Of a stretch of 64,000 nucleotides of DNA, positions 1 through 10,372 are shown in pieces. The translations under genes were made by a program, and so were the position numbers. The notes beneath the pieces were generated by a model, which saw only the letters and a program-made list of their open reading frames with translations, was not told where the DNA came from and did not search any database. Origin of the DNA: a virus (Duplodnaviria; Caudoviricetes); IMG/VR virus record IMGVR_UViG_3300028886_000028, positions 192,001-256,000 of that record; one strand, 5' to 3'. Every line of letters begins with the position of its first letter. The first letter of the stretch is position 1.

Positions 1-66
1 CCTAGTAGAACCTATTTTAAACCTACCAGGATTTTCTTTTTCACCTATCAAATATACATATCCCAT
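1..66 (-). CDS. GIY-YIG/T5orf172-like nuclease, N-terminus only (runs off window)
   Basis: ATG at 66-64 gives MGYVYLIGEKENPGRFKIGSTR, matching the GYVYLI...KIG.T opening of this family; not in ORF track. Confidence 0.65.
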   Translation of the reverse strand, partial: MGYVYLIGEKENPGRFKIGSTR

Positions 67-168
67 ACATATAAAATATAATGTTTTTTATTTTTGTTTC
101 AACGTTTATAAATAAAAAACGGAAAGCCAAATTTAGGAAAAAATGTTGATATTATCGGATAAGTTTGC

Positions 169-200
169 AAAAGAGCACTAGAAATAGTGCTCTTTTTTTT
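169..200. terminator. Intrinsic terminator-like hairpin
   Basis: AAAAGAGCACTA-GAAA-TAGTGCTCTTTT plus T run. Confidence 0.75.
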
Positions 201-208
201 GGTTAATT

Positions 209-216
209 ATATTTAT
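209..216 (+). promoter_or_regulatory. Putative phage late promoter ATATTTAT
   Basis: Same motif recurs upstream of ~10 structural or packaged-type genes. Confidence 0.55.
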
Positions 217-283
217 TATTAAATAACATTTAAGCAGGTCTTTACTTGCTTTTCTTTAATAATCTATTTAGATAAATAAAATT

Positions 284-3200
284 ATGGCAAAAGACAGAAA
301 AAAGCTGCAACATATTCACAGCAGTATTGCTGATAAGCAGCCAACACCAGCCACACTTGAGGTTGGAGAAATAGCGGTTAATAATGCCGCAGGACAAGAG
401 TTCCTTTCAGTTAAAAATTCTCGTGACAAAGTAGTTAGATTTTCTTCAGATGAACAAATTGTTACAATCATGGAGAAAAAAGAAGTTATGCCTTATAAAG
501 GCTATGTAAGAGGTGCTGAAGGCCCTGCTTCCACAAGCGCAGACACATATGGCTCTTATGGTATTACAAATCAAGACCTTATTGAAAATAAATCTAATAT
601 CATTGTTAAATTAAACCAAGTTGCTGCTGGTAATACAGCAAAACATGGCGAAGTCAATGGAGCAAGAGACGCATATGATTTGTTAGTAAATCCAACATCT
701 GATGGAGGTTTGACTGATGGAGCCGGATTCTTTATTGATATGTCACGTTATGCAATGCAAGGTGCAAACCCATCATTTAGTTCAGTTACAACTAATTGCC
801 ACGCAGTACTCAACGGAACAACCGAAGTAAAAGGCACTGATGGAGAATGTGGTAGCAAACTTGATATTGATGTAAATGAGATTGAAGCAAGTGCTAATAC
901 TATTATTAATATTGCTGACACAAGCATCATCAATTCTACAGATTTATTTGAAATTTCAGAAAATATAAGTGGTGGTACTGTTAATATTAACACTACAAAT
1001 GTAAACGTTAGTGCTGATACTACTGATATTAAATCTTGTGATAAAGTAAAAACAAGCACTAATGATTTTGAAATTGTTGAGTGTGAAGATGGCGGCCATG
1101 TTTTAGTTGATGTTACTAACGTTGGAATATCCGCAAGTAGCACAAATATTGAGTCTTGTGATGGTATTAAAGCAGAAACAAATAAATTTGAAATTGTTGA
1201 ATGCGGCGATGGACAAATTATTGTAGATGTTACTAATGTTAATATTAGTGCAGATACAGAAGAAATTAAAGCTTGTGATAGTTTTAAACTTGGCACAAAC
1301 AATTTTGAGTTAAATGAATGCGAAAATGGTAGCGGTAATACAATTGTAAATACAACAAATGTAAGCATATCCGCAAACACTGCTAATATTAAGTCTTGTG
1401 GAGAAATTATAAATGAAACAGACAAGTTTGAAATAAAAGAATGCAATGATGGTGGACAAGTTGTTATAGATAGTACAAATGTTATCATTAGTGCAGCAAC
1501 AACAGATGTAAATTCTTGTGAAGCAGTAAATACGTTCACTAATAAGTTTAACGTAAATGAATGTGGTGAGAACGGAGAAGTTTCGTTTAACACAACTAAT
1601 ATGAATGTAAGTGCTGACACGACTGGCATTAAATCTTGTCAGGAAGTTAAAGCAGAAACAAATAGTTTTAAAGTAGTTCAATGTAACGAAGGTGGTGAAG
1701 TTGAATTAAACACTACAGATGTAAATATTAGTGCTGATACTACTGATATTAAATCTTGCCAATCTATAAATGCCAACACAGATAATTTTAACATCAATCA
1801 ATGTAATGCGGAAAGTGGCAATGTTATTATCAATACAACAAATGTATCTACTTCTGCAAAAATAGTTAGTGTAGATGCTTGCGATAACGTTGAAATTAAA
1901 TCTGACAATATTGAATTAACTCAATGTGGAGAAGATGGAATAGTTAAAATTGATTCTAGTAAAACTAATATTAAGTCTTGCGATGAAATTAAACTTGAAT
2001 CTATGAATATAATTTTGACTGATGGGGAATGCGGCGATGGCCAAATTACAATTTCAGTCGATGATTTGTGTTTAATTGGCGAATCAAAAGTTAACGTATA
2101 TGGTGACGAAACAAATGTAGGATTGGATTGCATTGATGAACAAATTGCAAGTAATACTAACATATACGGTAATACTACTTTAATCACAACAAATATCAAT
2201 AAAAGCGGTAGTACTAATGAGGGAGATATTAGTGTATATGCAGACGGTAATATTAATATTGAAGCAAGTGGCGCTACTAATTTAACTAGTGATGGTATTG
2301 TTGTACGTTCAGAAGAAGATGTTTGCGTAGAAGCAAATAATAACGCAACATTGTTTGGACAAGATAATACTAAAATAGGCGTTTCTTGTTATGACAATAC
2401 AGTATCTGAAAATACTACAATCAATGGAAATAATATAGCAATTAGTGGTACTGGAATAAATGTAGATGCTTTAAATAACACTAATATTAATTCTTGTAAC
2501 GAAATTAATGTTAATACTAATAATTTAAATATCAACGAATGCGATAATGGTGGTAATATTGCTATTAATACCACTAATGTAAAAGCATCAGCAGCTACAG
2601 TATCAGTTAAATCTTGTGATAAGATTTCTAATGAAACAAATGAATTTGAAATTGTTAGTTGTGGTAGCGCAGATAGTAAAGTTTCAATTATCACCGATAA
2701 TACAGTTATTTATTCTTGTTCTGGAATAAGCGCAAGCACAAATGATTTGTTTATTAAATCATGTAATGATGGTGATGGAAATGCTCGTGTAGAATTTAAT
2801 AATGTTAATATTGATTCTTGCGGCCATAACTACATCAACACTGATGATTTTAAAATTACAGAATGTACAGAAGGAAACGGTAGTGTAACCATTACTACAA
2901 CTAATACAGATATTAATTCTTGCAATGGTGTTAATATTAATACTGATGAATTAGTTGTTGCTAATTGTAGTGGTAATAGTAATGTTGTAGTTGGAACTGA
3001 TAACGTAAGCATTTCATCTGATACTACAAACATAAACTCTTGTGATGGTATTAATGCAAGCACAAATGAATTTGTTATTGCAAAATGTGATGACTCAAAT
3101 AGTGGTAGCGTTATCGTTAATACTAACAATGTAAGTATTTCGTCTAATACAACTGATATTAACTCTTGTGATAGAATAAGTTTAAAATCTGATGATATAG

Positions 3201-5704
3201 AAATAGGCGAGTGTAGTGATGGCAATGGTAAAGTTGACATCAAAGGATGCAGTGGAATTACGTTAGAATCTGATAACATTGTATTAAAAGAATGTGAAAG
3301 AGGAAAAATTACCATTTCAGCTAGTGACCTTTGCCTTGCAGGTGATGACAAAGCAAACTTATATGGCGTAGAAACAAATGTAGGTTTGGATTGTAATTGT
3401 AATAGCGGAGCAACAATAGCAGAAACTACAAGAGTATTTGGACAAGGTATATTAATTACCAATGAAGAAAATTGCAGTGCTACAACATCTGTTGATAACA
3501 TCAACATTAAGGCAAAAGAAAATATAATAAGCCAAGGTGTTAACATATTTAGCAATGCTGTTAGCGGAATTAATTTTGTTCAAGGTGATGAATATGTCCA
3601 GTTAAAAGGCGGTGATATTGATGAAGAAAACGCAGTGTCTGGAAATGGTGTTAGTGTAAAACTTAATTCTGATGGTAATTTAAAAGAAATAGCATCAGAT
3701 AGCATTGAAAAAATCGCAATTAACAATATAGTTGAAATTGCTGATAGTATTAATAATACCGCATCTTCTAGCATATGTTATGAATCTGAAAGTGCTGCCA
3801 CAATATTTGGTGCTTCAAATACAAACGTAGGTGTAAATTGTGAAAATACTGTTACAGCCGATACTACTAACGTAAAAGGTGGAAAAGTAATTATTCATGC
3901 AGCAGAAACTAATCTTGGTTTAACAGCAAAACAAGATATAATTGAATCATCAGAGAATGACATTATAATTACTGCAAATGATAAAATATGTGAACAAGCC
4001 GGTGATACAGCATCATTCTATGGTAAAAATACCACTAAGATTGGCGTAAATTGTAATGGCGATGTCACTAAAGAATTAGTAATAGAAGCAGAAAATGCTT
4101 GCGTAAATGGAGAAGATAGAGCAACAGTATTTGGATTCACTTATTCAGATTTAGGTATTAATTGCGAAGAAAATAATATTTCAATTAATACACGAGTTAG
4201 TGGCTTTACTACTGATATTGGTGGTGCGGCTGGCGTAAACATATTAGGAGCAATTAATGACGTGAATATTACTAATTTATATGGTAATGTCAATATAAGT
4301 GGAGGCACTTCTATAAATGTAGATTCAGAAGAAATTAATGAGAATGGAACAACTATTAATATAGAAGCAAGTGATGAACTTTTTGAAAGCGGAAATAATG
4401 TATCTCTATTCGCCGCTGAAAGACTTTGTGAAAGTGGTAATAATGTATCTATTTTCGCTAATTCTAATTTACACATAGGTGGAAGTGATTGCACTACATC
4501 AGGTGGCAGCGGAACTATCGTTATTGAGAGAAGACCTACTTATATAACATCAATTTCTTCTACTACTGTTGACTTAGCTTTAGATGAAGTATATGATAGA
4601 AGTAAAGTTTACATGACGGTTTCTCCTAATCCAAGTGGAGATAGCGCAGATACATTAATAACTTATACATTATGGCAAGATAGTGGTGCTACCAATCCAA
4701 GAAAAATTGGTGACATTAATTTACCGAAAGACCATTTGATTAAAGATGCAAGAGTTGTTTATGGTGTTGTATCAGAAAACGCTAGTACTGGCGAACAAAC
4801 TTTCTCTTCATGCAGCACTCAATCAAATAACTGTAGATGGTATATTGAAATGGAGTGGTTTACTTGGGATGGAACGCAGCATAGTAAATTTACTTATATT
4901 CCGGCAGACAGTTTAGTTAAAGACATTAAAGCTGAAAATCCATCAAATAGAGGTGTTACTGTTGATGTGCAGTATAATAGTACAAGCGGAATAAATTTGG
5001 TTTCTGCTGATACGACAATTAGTGTTTCACATAATAACTCAGCAACAACATTTACAAAAAATGATGGAATCCATTCAATAACTTCACATGTTCTTACAGT
5101 TAAAGAAAACGGTTCATCAATTGGTCAATTTGACCCATTTAGCGCTGATAGTGAGATTAATGTAACTATTCCTACTTGCGTTAGTGGGTTTGGAAGAGCA
5201 ACACTTGATTATCAATATTTAGGAACTGGATACACTGTAACCGATAAAACTAATGGTAATTATGACCCAGGTTCGGCTTGCACAAATGATGTAATTAATA
5301 CAATATATATTCCTACAAGTCTCGATAATTTAGCAGAATATAATGGTAATTGTTACGAGTTTGAACACGATGTATGTATGGGCAGAAATAAAATTGTTGC
5401 TAACGCATTTTACAATAGCTCAGATTTAAAATTAAAAGAGAATATAAAAACAATTGACGATGAAACACTTGAAAAAGTAAATGCAATTGATTTAAAATCA
5501 TTTAACTTTAAGTCAGACGCAGAAAAAGAGAAAAAATATGGAGTTATTGCACAAGATGTTGAAAATGCTGGTTTGAATGAAATTGTTCATAAAAACGAAA
5601 ATGGCATATTGAGCGTAGATTATGTCCAGTTATTGATATTGAAACTTGCAAGTTTGGAGAAAGAAGTTAAATCACTTAAAGAAGAATTGAAAAACAAGCA
5701 ATAA
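284..5704 (+). CDS. Long tail fibre with C-terminal peptidase S74 intramolecular chaperone
   Basis: N-terminal P....L..GEIAVN fibre-docking motif; ~40-aa beta-rich repeats with two Cys; C-terminal SSDLKLKENIK...YGVIAQDV...VDY plus coiled coil. Confidence 0.85.
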   Translation: MAKDRKKLQHIHSSIADKQPTPATLEVGEIAVNNAAGQEFLSVKNSRDKVVRFSSDEQIVTIMEKKEVMPYKGYVRGAEGPASTSADTYGSYGITNQDLIENKSNIIVKLNQVAAGNTAKHGEVNGARDAYDLLVNPTSDGGLTDGAGFFIDMSRYAMQGANPSFSSVTTNCHAVLNGTTEVKGTDGECGSKLDIDVNEIEASANTIINIADTSIINSTDLFEISENISGGTVNINTTNVNVSADTTDIKSCDKVKTSTNDFEIVECEDGGHVLVDVTNVGISASSTNIESCDGIKAETNKFEIVECGDGQIIVDVTNVNISADTEEIKACDSFKLGTNNFELNECENGSGNTIVNTTNVSISANTANIKSCGEIINETDKFEIKECNDGGQVVIDSTNVIISAATTDVNSCEAVNTFTNKFNVNECGENGEVSFNTTNMNVSADTTGIKSCQEVKAETNSFKVVQCNEGGEVELNTTDVNISADTTDIKSCQSINANTDNFNINQCNAESGNVIINTTNVSTSAKIVSVDACDNVEIKSDNIELTQCGEDGIVKIDSSKTNIKSCDEIKLESMNIILTDGECGDGQITISVDDLCLIGESKVNVYGDETNVGLDCIDEQIASNTNIYGNTTLITTNINKSGSTNEGDISVYADGNINIEASGATNLTSDGIVVRSEEDVCVEANNNATLFGQDNTKIGVSCYDNTVSENTTINGNNIAISGTGINVDALNNTNINSCNEINVNTNNLNINECDNGGNIAINTTNVKASAATVSVKSCDKISNETNEFEIVSCGSADSKVSIITDNTVIYSCSGISASTNDLFIKSCNDGDGNARVEFNNVNIDSCGHNYINTDDFKITECTEGNGSVTITTTNTDINSCNGVNINTDELVVANCSGNSNVVVGTDNVSISSDTTNINSCDGINASTNEFVIAKCDDSNSGSVIVNTNNVSISSNTTDINSCDRISLKSDDIEIGECSDGNGKVDIKGCSGITLESDNIVLKECERGKITISASDLCLAGDDKANLYGVETNVGLDCNCNSGATIAETTRVFGQGILITNEENCSATTSVDNINIKAKENIISQGVNIFSNAVSGINFVQGDEYVQLKGGDIDEENAVSGNGVSVKLNSDGNLKEIASDSIEKIAINNIVEIADSINNTASSSICYESESAATIFGASNTNVGVNCENTVTADTTNVKGGKVIIHAAETNLGLTAKQDIIESSENDIIITANDKICEQAGDTASFYGKNTTKIGVNCNGDVTKELVIEAENACVNGEDRATVFGFTYSDLGINCEENNISINTRVSGFTTDIGGAAGVNILGAINDVNITNLYGNVNISGGTSINVDSEEINENGTTINIEASDELFESGNNVSLFAAERLCESGNNVSIFANSNLHIGGSDCTTSGGSGTIVIERRPTYITSISSTTVDLALDEVYDRSKVYMTVSPNPSGDSADTLITYTLWQDSGATNPRKIGDINLPKDHLIKDARVVYGVVSENASTGEQTFSSCSTQSNNCRWYIEMEWFTWDGTQHSKFTYIPADSLVKDIKAENPSNRGVTVDVQYNSTSGINLVSADTTISVSHNNSATTFTKNDGIHSITSHVLTVKENGSSIGQFDPFSADSEINVTIPTCVSGFGRATLDYQYLGTGYTVTDKTNGNYDPGSACTNDVINTIYIPTSLDNLAEYNGNCYEFEHDVCMGRNKIVANAFYNSSDLKLKENIKTIDDETLEKVNAIDLKSFNFKSDAEKEKKYGVIAQDVENAGLNEIVHKNENGILSVDYVQLLILKLASLEKEVKSLKEELKNKQ

Positions 5705-5714
5705 ATTAAATAAT

Positions 5715-5747
5715 AGGGTAATATCCTAAAAAAATATTACCCTTTTT
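5715..5747 (+). terminator. Intrinsic terminator
   Basis: AGGGTAATAT/ATATTACCCT stem followed by Ts. Confidence 0.75.
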
Positions 5748-5768
5748 AATAAATTAAAATAAACAAAT

Positions 5769-6968
5769 ATGGCAGAAATAACATGTTGTTCAAGTGCTAC
5801 TTGTGATGGTTTATTAACCGTTGGGTATATGGAAGACATTATATCTCAAAATTCGCAAAACACTTGTTTCAGTCTTGAAAGAGGTGGTACTGCATATAAT
5901 GAATGCTGTAATGCTCCAAGTTCTTCAACAGTGGTAAATTATTCTCAAGCTATCAGTGGGTATTATGCTAAAAATAGGGTGATTGATAATGATGACCCAA
6001 ATAATGATGAAACTGGATTTGTATTTGTAACTCCATCTAGGAGTTATAATGGCTGTTGTAGTCAAAGTACAATTGGAGTAGGAAATACTATATTAAAAAA
6101 ATCAGAAGTATATTTTGATTATACAAAAGCAGAAAATAATGACGTAACAGCCAATGAAGAACCTGGTATATGCGACTTAAATTATAGTGTAACAGAAACA
6201 AAAACTTATACCAGATATCATAAAGGATGTGATGGCAATGATGGTCAGCCACAAACTATTTCTGTAAGTAAAACTCACAATCAAAACACTGATGGAGTAA
6301 TACAAAAGATTTTTACACGAAACAATAATTATACAAATGCTTGGACTGTTTCATTTAGCCCTAGCATTAAAGAAATAACAGGATTAACAAGAGATTGTAA
6401 AACTTCTATATCAGATTTTGTAAGATGGAAATTCCCAGAATATACTGTAGGGTATAATTTTGAAACGTCACAATTAAGTTCAGAAATACCTTGCGATGGA
6501 ACCAGCGTAACTCTTACCTTTTCTTCTAATACCGAATGCGATAAAGATTTTAATATTGCTGTTACTGCAAAGAGTAGAAGAAGCGAATTGGAAGAAGTTG
6601 ATGATGATACAATAGTTATAACTACTACTTGTCAGCCATTGCAAAGTGTAACCCCTATTGGAGAAGATAGTGGAAGGCAGGCTATTATACCTATATGTAC
6701 TGTTAACATAAATATCGGTACTAATATAAATGGATATGAAAGTGGTACAGTGTACGTTTCAATAAGTGCTAATGATGGAGAAATTACTGGAACAACAGGG
6801 TATACTTTTGAAAGGTCATTGTGTTCTTGGTACGCAGGTACAGTTGAAAGCCCTGGTTGTGACGAATATTGGCCAAAAGTAAATTGGACGAATCCACCGG
6901 GTAATGATGGACAACCAAAAGACGTTCAACAAATTGAAAAAAATTGTAATAATAGTAAATTAAATTAA
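5769..6968 (+). CDS. Cys/Thr-rich hypothetical protein, probably tail-associated
   Basis: 399-aa ORF in fibre cluster, beta-rich composition; no recognisable family. Confidence 0.6.
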   Translation: MAEITCCSSATCDGLLTVGYMEDIISQNSQNTCFSLERGGTAYNECCNAPSSSTVVNYSQAISGYYAKNRVIDNDDPNNDETGFVFVTPSRSYNGCCSQSTIGVGNTILKKSEVYFDYTKAENNDVTANEEPGICDLNYSVTETKTYTRYHKGCDGNDGQPQTISVSKTHNQNTDGVIQKIFTRNNNYTNAWTVSFSPSIKEITGLTRDCKTSISDFVRWKFPEYTVGYNFETSQLSSEIPCDGTSVTLTFSSNTECDKDFNIAVTAKSRRSELEEVDDDTIVITTTCQPLQSVTPIGEDSGRQAIIPICTVNINIGTNINGYESGTVYVSISANDGEITGTTGYTFERSLCSWYAGTVESPGCDEYWPKVNWTNPPGNDGQPKDVQQIEKNCNNSKLN

Positions 6969-6977
6969 TGATATAAT

Positions 6978-9900
6978 ATGGCTAATGGAATAGGTATTGC
7001 ATATTGTGGCGGCATAATGACTTGTAGCGGTTATTCAGAGCCAAAAGCCTCAAATCTACTATTAGATAACCCAAGGCTTTATGAAGAGCCAAATAGTGCC
7101 AGTACAATAATAAATAATACAGATGCAGATGCGTTTGTATATACTTACTGTGACAGAGACAAACCTAACTCTGGTTCATGCGTGAATGATAGCCCAACAT
7201 CAAAATTGTATGTCATAAAATCATGTTGTTCCCCCAAAATGCCTTGCACATATTATGACGATGTGGATGGAATTGAATGCCCAAAAATAATTAATGATAA
7301 TACAAATATTTGGGCAAAAGAAGTAGAAGCAAGATATGATATACCTTTTGCTCATGGAGATTATGAACTATATGAATATAGCGCTGAAAAACTAAAAAAT
7401 ATGTTGGGTGTAAACACAACAAAAGTAACTTATTTTTCAGGTGATACTAGTTATGATTTAGAACAGTTTAAAGAAAACTTATGTGATAAACGTTATAATG
7501 CTATTAAAAATTACCTAGTTAGTTTGGGGGCAATGGAATATAGGATAAGACGTGATGGAGGAATATTAGAAAACAACTCGCAAGCTTATAATTATTCTAC
7601 TCATGTTATTGCTAATGTTAGTTTTTTACCATTTACTGATAATTTCTCTGGTGGTTCTGAAGCTAATTTAGATACTATTGTGAGACAGCAGTATAATGAT
7701 TTTATTCATGTTACTCCAAACATTACACAATCTGAAGATAACGAAAACACATTTTCAGAATACATCAAAACAAAACGTTTGGCTGAAATAAACAATATTT
7801 TTGGTGATATTAGCAATATTGGATTTTCTGCTAACACTAGAGGTAGTCATGCGTATCCTAAAATTTCTTTTTATGCGAAGAAATCAATATTTTCAGAATA
7901 TGATGATATGACAGGCAATAACACTACCAGGATTACAAATTATGATGCTAATGAACCTTATCATTATTTTACAAATGGTGTTGTAAGTGCTGAATTTTCA
8001 TTTATAAATGACGAAAATTCAAAATGGTATAGCAGTGGAAGAAGTGAATCATATGCTGACGTACCAAGTGCAACAACAGTTGGTATGTTTAAAGATTGCC
8101 CAACATTGGTAACTTGTGATATTCCAGGACAAATGAGATACATTAGTCCACAAACATTTATGGAATGTGGCAAGTTGTCAAGTTATACAACAAATCCTGA
8201 TACTATTGATGTAATTGATGCTGAAGCGTTTAGTGCTAGTGGCATTAAAACTGGAATTATAGGTAGATACACTGTATTGAAGAATCGAGCGTTTAGTGGA
8301 GCAACACAAATGGACACTATCTATTGGCATAATTATATCCCACTTAACAACAGCTTTAGTGGTAATGTATTTGGATATAGTGGAGAACCTAGATGTAGAT
8401 TGGATAGCGGATATACATACTTCTGGGATGATGAAGATATAGACTGGGGAAGAACTGGATATACAATACCAAAAGAAGCATTCAAAGATTGTCATGCATT
8501 AAAACATAGTAAATTCGCTAAAGGAAGTGCTCATACAGAGACAATTACATTGACAGATACGTTATATATACCAAGCGGATTTACAACTATTGGTAAAAGT
8601 GCATTTGAAAACTGTAGTGGGTTAACTGACATATATCTTAATGGAGTTAAATTTGTTAAAGAAAAGGCATTTAATAATTGTAAAAACATGAATGTACACG
8701 ATACTGAGAATGTAATTTATGTTGGAACTGATGCATTTAATAGAGGTAATAATGATTCACGTGAAGTCACAGTTTATGGTGGTGAAAATGCTTGGAAAGA
8801 ACTCGTACAAATTGACAAAAATGCATTTTATGATAAAAACATAAAAAACGGTAATCCATATCCTTCTTCTGATGCTGAAAAAATATTATCTTTGCCAAAA
8901 GTTGTAAGTATTGGGGAAAACGCATTTAGTGGGGCAACAATAGATGGATATTTAAAAATAACCAATAATGTTAGTGCTAAAACAATTTATAACGCTGCTT
9001 TTAACAGTTGTACAATATCTGATAGCACAAGTGATGGTTGGGGATTGATTATAAGTGGAGATACAACAAGATTAAATAGATATTATGTTTTCAGCGGACT
9101 TCATACAGATAAAGGCGGTGTATATTTACGTAATGTTGATATGTCAGATAACTCCAATCCTTTTGCTAATTCTGTAATAAATGGTAATGTTGATATTAGT
9201 GCTTGTACGTTAAGCTTATATGCTTTTAATCGTGCGCATATGAGTGGTTTAACACTTTATCATGAAGGAAAAGAAGTCAACGATTTTGCGTTTGCGGGAG
9301 CAGAAATGAGTGGTAATTGCAATGTTACTGCAAAAACATTTCAAACTCAATCATTTTGGAAAGCTAATATAAGTGGAGATTGTTCAATCTCAGCAAATAC
9401 AATTGGAAAGCAGGCATTCTTTTCGGCATCAGCTAGCACTTTAAATTTATATCCGATAAGTGAAAGTAATTGTATTTCTATAAGTGAATATGCCTTTCAA
9501 AATTTTGTATTAACTTCTAGTAATAGTATTAATTTGAATAAAGTTGGGACGTTTGGAAATTATGCATTTTTAGAGTCTCAAATAAGTTCAGTTATTCTAC
9601 CTTTAGGGGTAGATATAAGTGATAGTTGTTTTGAACGTTCGTCATTATCAAGTGTATCGTTTAATAATTATACAAATTGTTCATCAAACGATGGAAAGTT
9701 TGAAATTAAAGATTATGCGTTTGAACACTGTAGTAATCTTACGTCTATAAATATTCCAAGCGGTGTAACAAAAATTGGTAGTTATAGCTTCGGTGAATGT
9801 ACTAGCCTCTCAAATGTAACTTTTAATAATAATTCACAACTAACAAGTATTAGTGATGGTGCTTTTGATAGCAATACTAGTTTATTAAGTATTACACTTC

Positions 9901-10346
9901 CAAATAGCGTTACAAGTATTGGCATTAACACTTTTAATGGTTGCACTAGCCTTACAAGTATAGATATACCTAGTAGCGTATCAAGTATTGGTATTGGCGC
10001 TTTTAATGGCTGCGCTAGCCTTACAAGTATTACTTTGGGTAATAATGTTACAAGTATAAATTATATTACATTCCAAAATTGTACTAGCCTTACAAGTATT
10101 ACTTTGGGTAATAATGTTTCAAGTATTCAAGTTGACGCTTTTAATGGTTGTACTAGTCTTGTAGAGATAAAGTGTTATTCACAAACAGCCCCAGAACTTG
10201 TTAACGAATCTAGTCAAAATATAAACATAGCAACTGGTGGTACAGTGCATGTCCCAAGTGGATGCGCGGCTCAATATAGATATAGGTGGTCTTATTTAAT
10301 AGATAGCACAGATTATGGTTGGAATGTGGAAGAAGATTTACAATAA
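6978..10346 (+). CDS. BspA-type (LRR_5) leucine-rich repeat protein
   Basis: Repeats such as SVTSIGINTFNGCTSLTSIDIP; C-cap TAPEL...GGTVHVPSG...W. Confidence 0.85.
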   Translation: MANGIGIAYCGGIMTCSGYSEPKASNLLLDNPRLYEEPNSASTIINNTDADAFVYTYCDRDKPNSGSCVNDSPTSKLYVIKSCCSPKMPCTYYDDVDGIECPKIINDNTNIWAKEVEARYDIPFAHGDYELYEYSAEKLKNMLGVNTTKVTYFSGDTSYDLEQFKENLCDKRYNAIKNYLVSLGAMEYRIRRDGGILENNSQAYNYSTHVIANVSFLPFTDNFSGGSEANLDTIVRQQYNDFIHVTPNITQSEDNENTFSEYIKTKRLAEINNIFGDISNIGFSANTRGSHAYPKISFYAKKSIFSEYDDMTGNNTTRITNYDANEPYHYFTNGVVSAEFSFINDENSKWYSSGRSESYADVPSATTVGMFKDCPTLVTCDIPGQMRYISPQTFMECGKLSSYTTNPDTIDVIDAEAFSASGIKTGIIGRYTVLKNRAFSGATQMDTIYWHNYIPLNNSFSGNVFGYSGEPRCRLDSGYTYFWDDEDIDWGRTGYTIPKEAFKDCHALKHSKFAKGSAHTETITLTDTLYIPSGFTTIGKSAFENCSGLTDIYLNGVKFVKEKAFNNCKNMNVHDTENVIYVGTDAFNRGNNDSREVTVYGGENAWKELVQIDKNAFYDKNIKNGNPYPSSDAEKILSLPKVVSIGENAFSGATIDGYLKITNNVSAKTIYNAAFNSCTISDSTSDGWGLIISGDTTRLNRYYVFSGLHTDKGGVYLRNVDMSDNSNPFANSVINGNVDISACTLSLYAFNRAHMSGLTLYHEGKEVNDFAFAGAEMSGNCNVTAKTFQTQSFWKANISGDCSISANTIGKQAFFSASASTLNLYPISESNCISISEYAFQNFVLTSSNSINLNKVGTFGNYAFLESQISSVILPLGVDISDSCFERSSLSSVSFNNYTNCSSNDGKFEIKDYAFEHCSNLTSINIPSGVTKIGSYSFGECTSLSNVTFNNNSQLTSISDGAFDSNTSLLSITLPNSVTSIGINTFNGCTSLTSIDIPSSVSSIGIGAFNGCASLTSITLGNNVTSINYITFQNCTSLTSITLGNNVSSIQVDAFNGCTSLVEIKCYSQTAPELVNESSQNINIATGGTVHVPSGCAAQYRYRWSYLIDSTDYGWNVEEDLQ

Positions 10347-10372
10347 TTTTTTAGTAAAATAATATTAGCAAT

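Noticed and set aside
748-4494. Long minus-strand ORFs opposite the tail fibre (and similar ones opposite the LRR, dnaK and telA genes)
   Set aside because: Antisense shadows of biased, repetitive coding sequence; no promoters or protein-like motifs.
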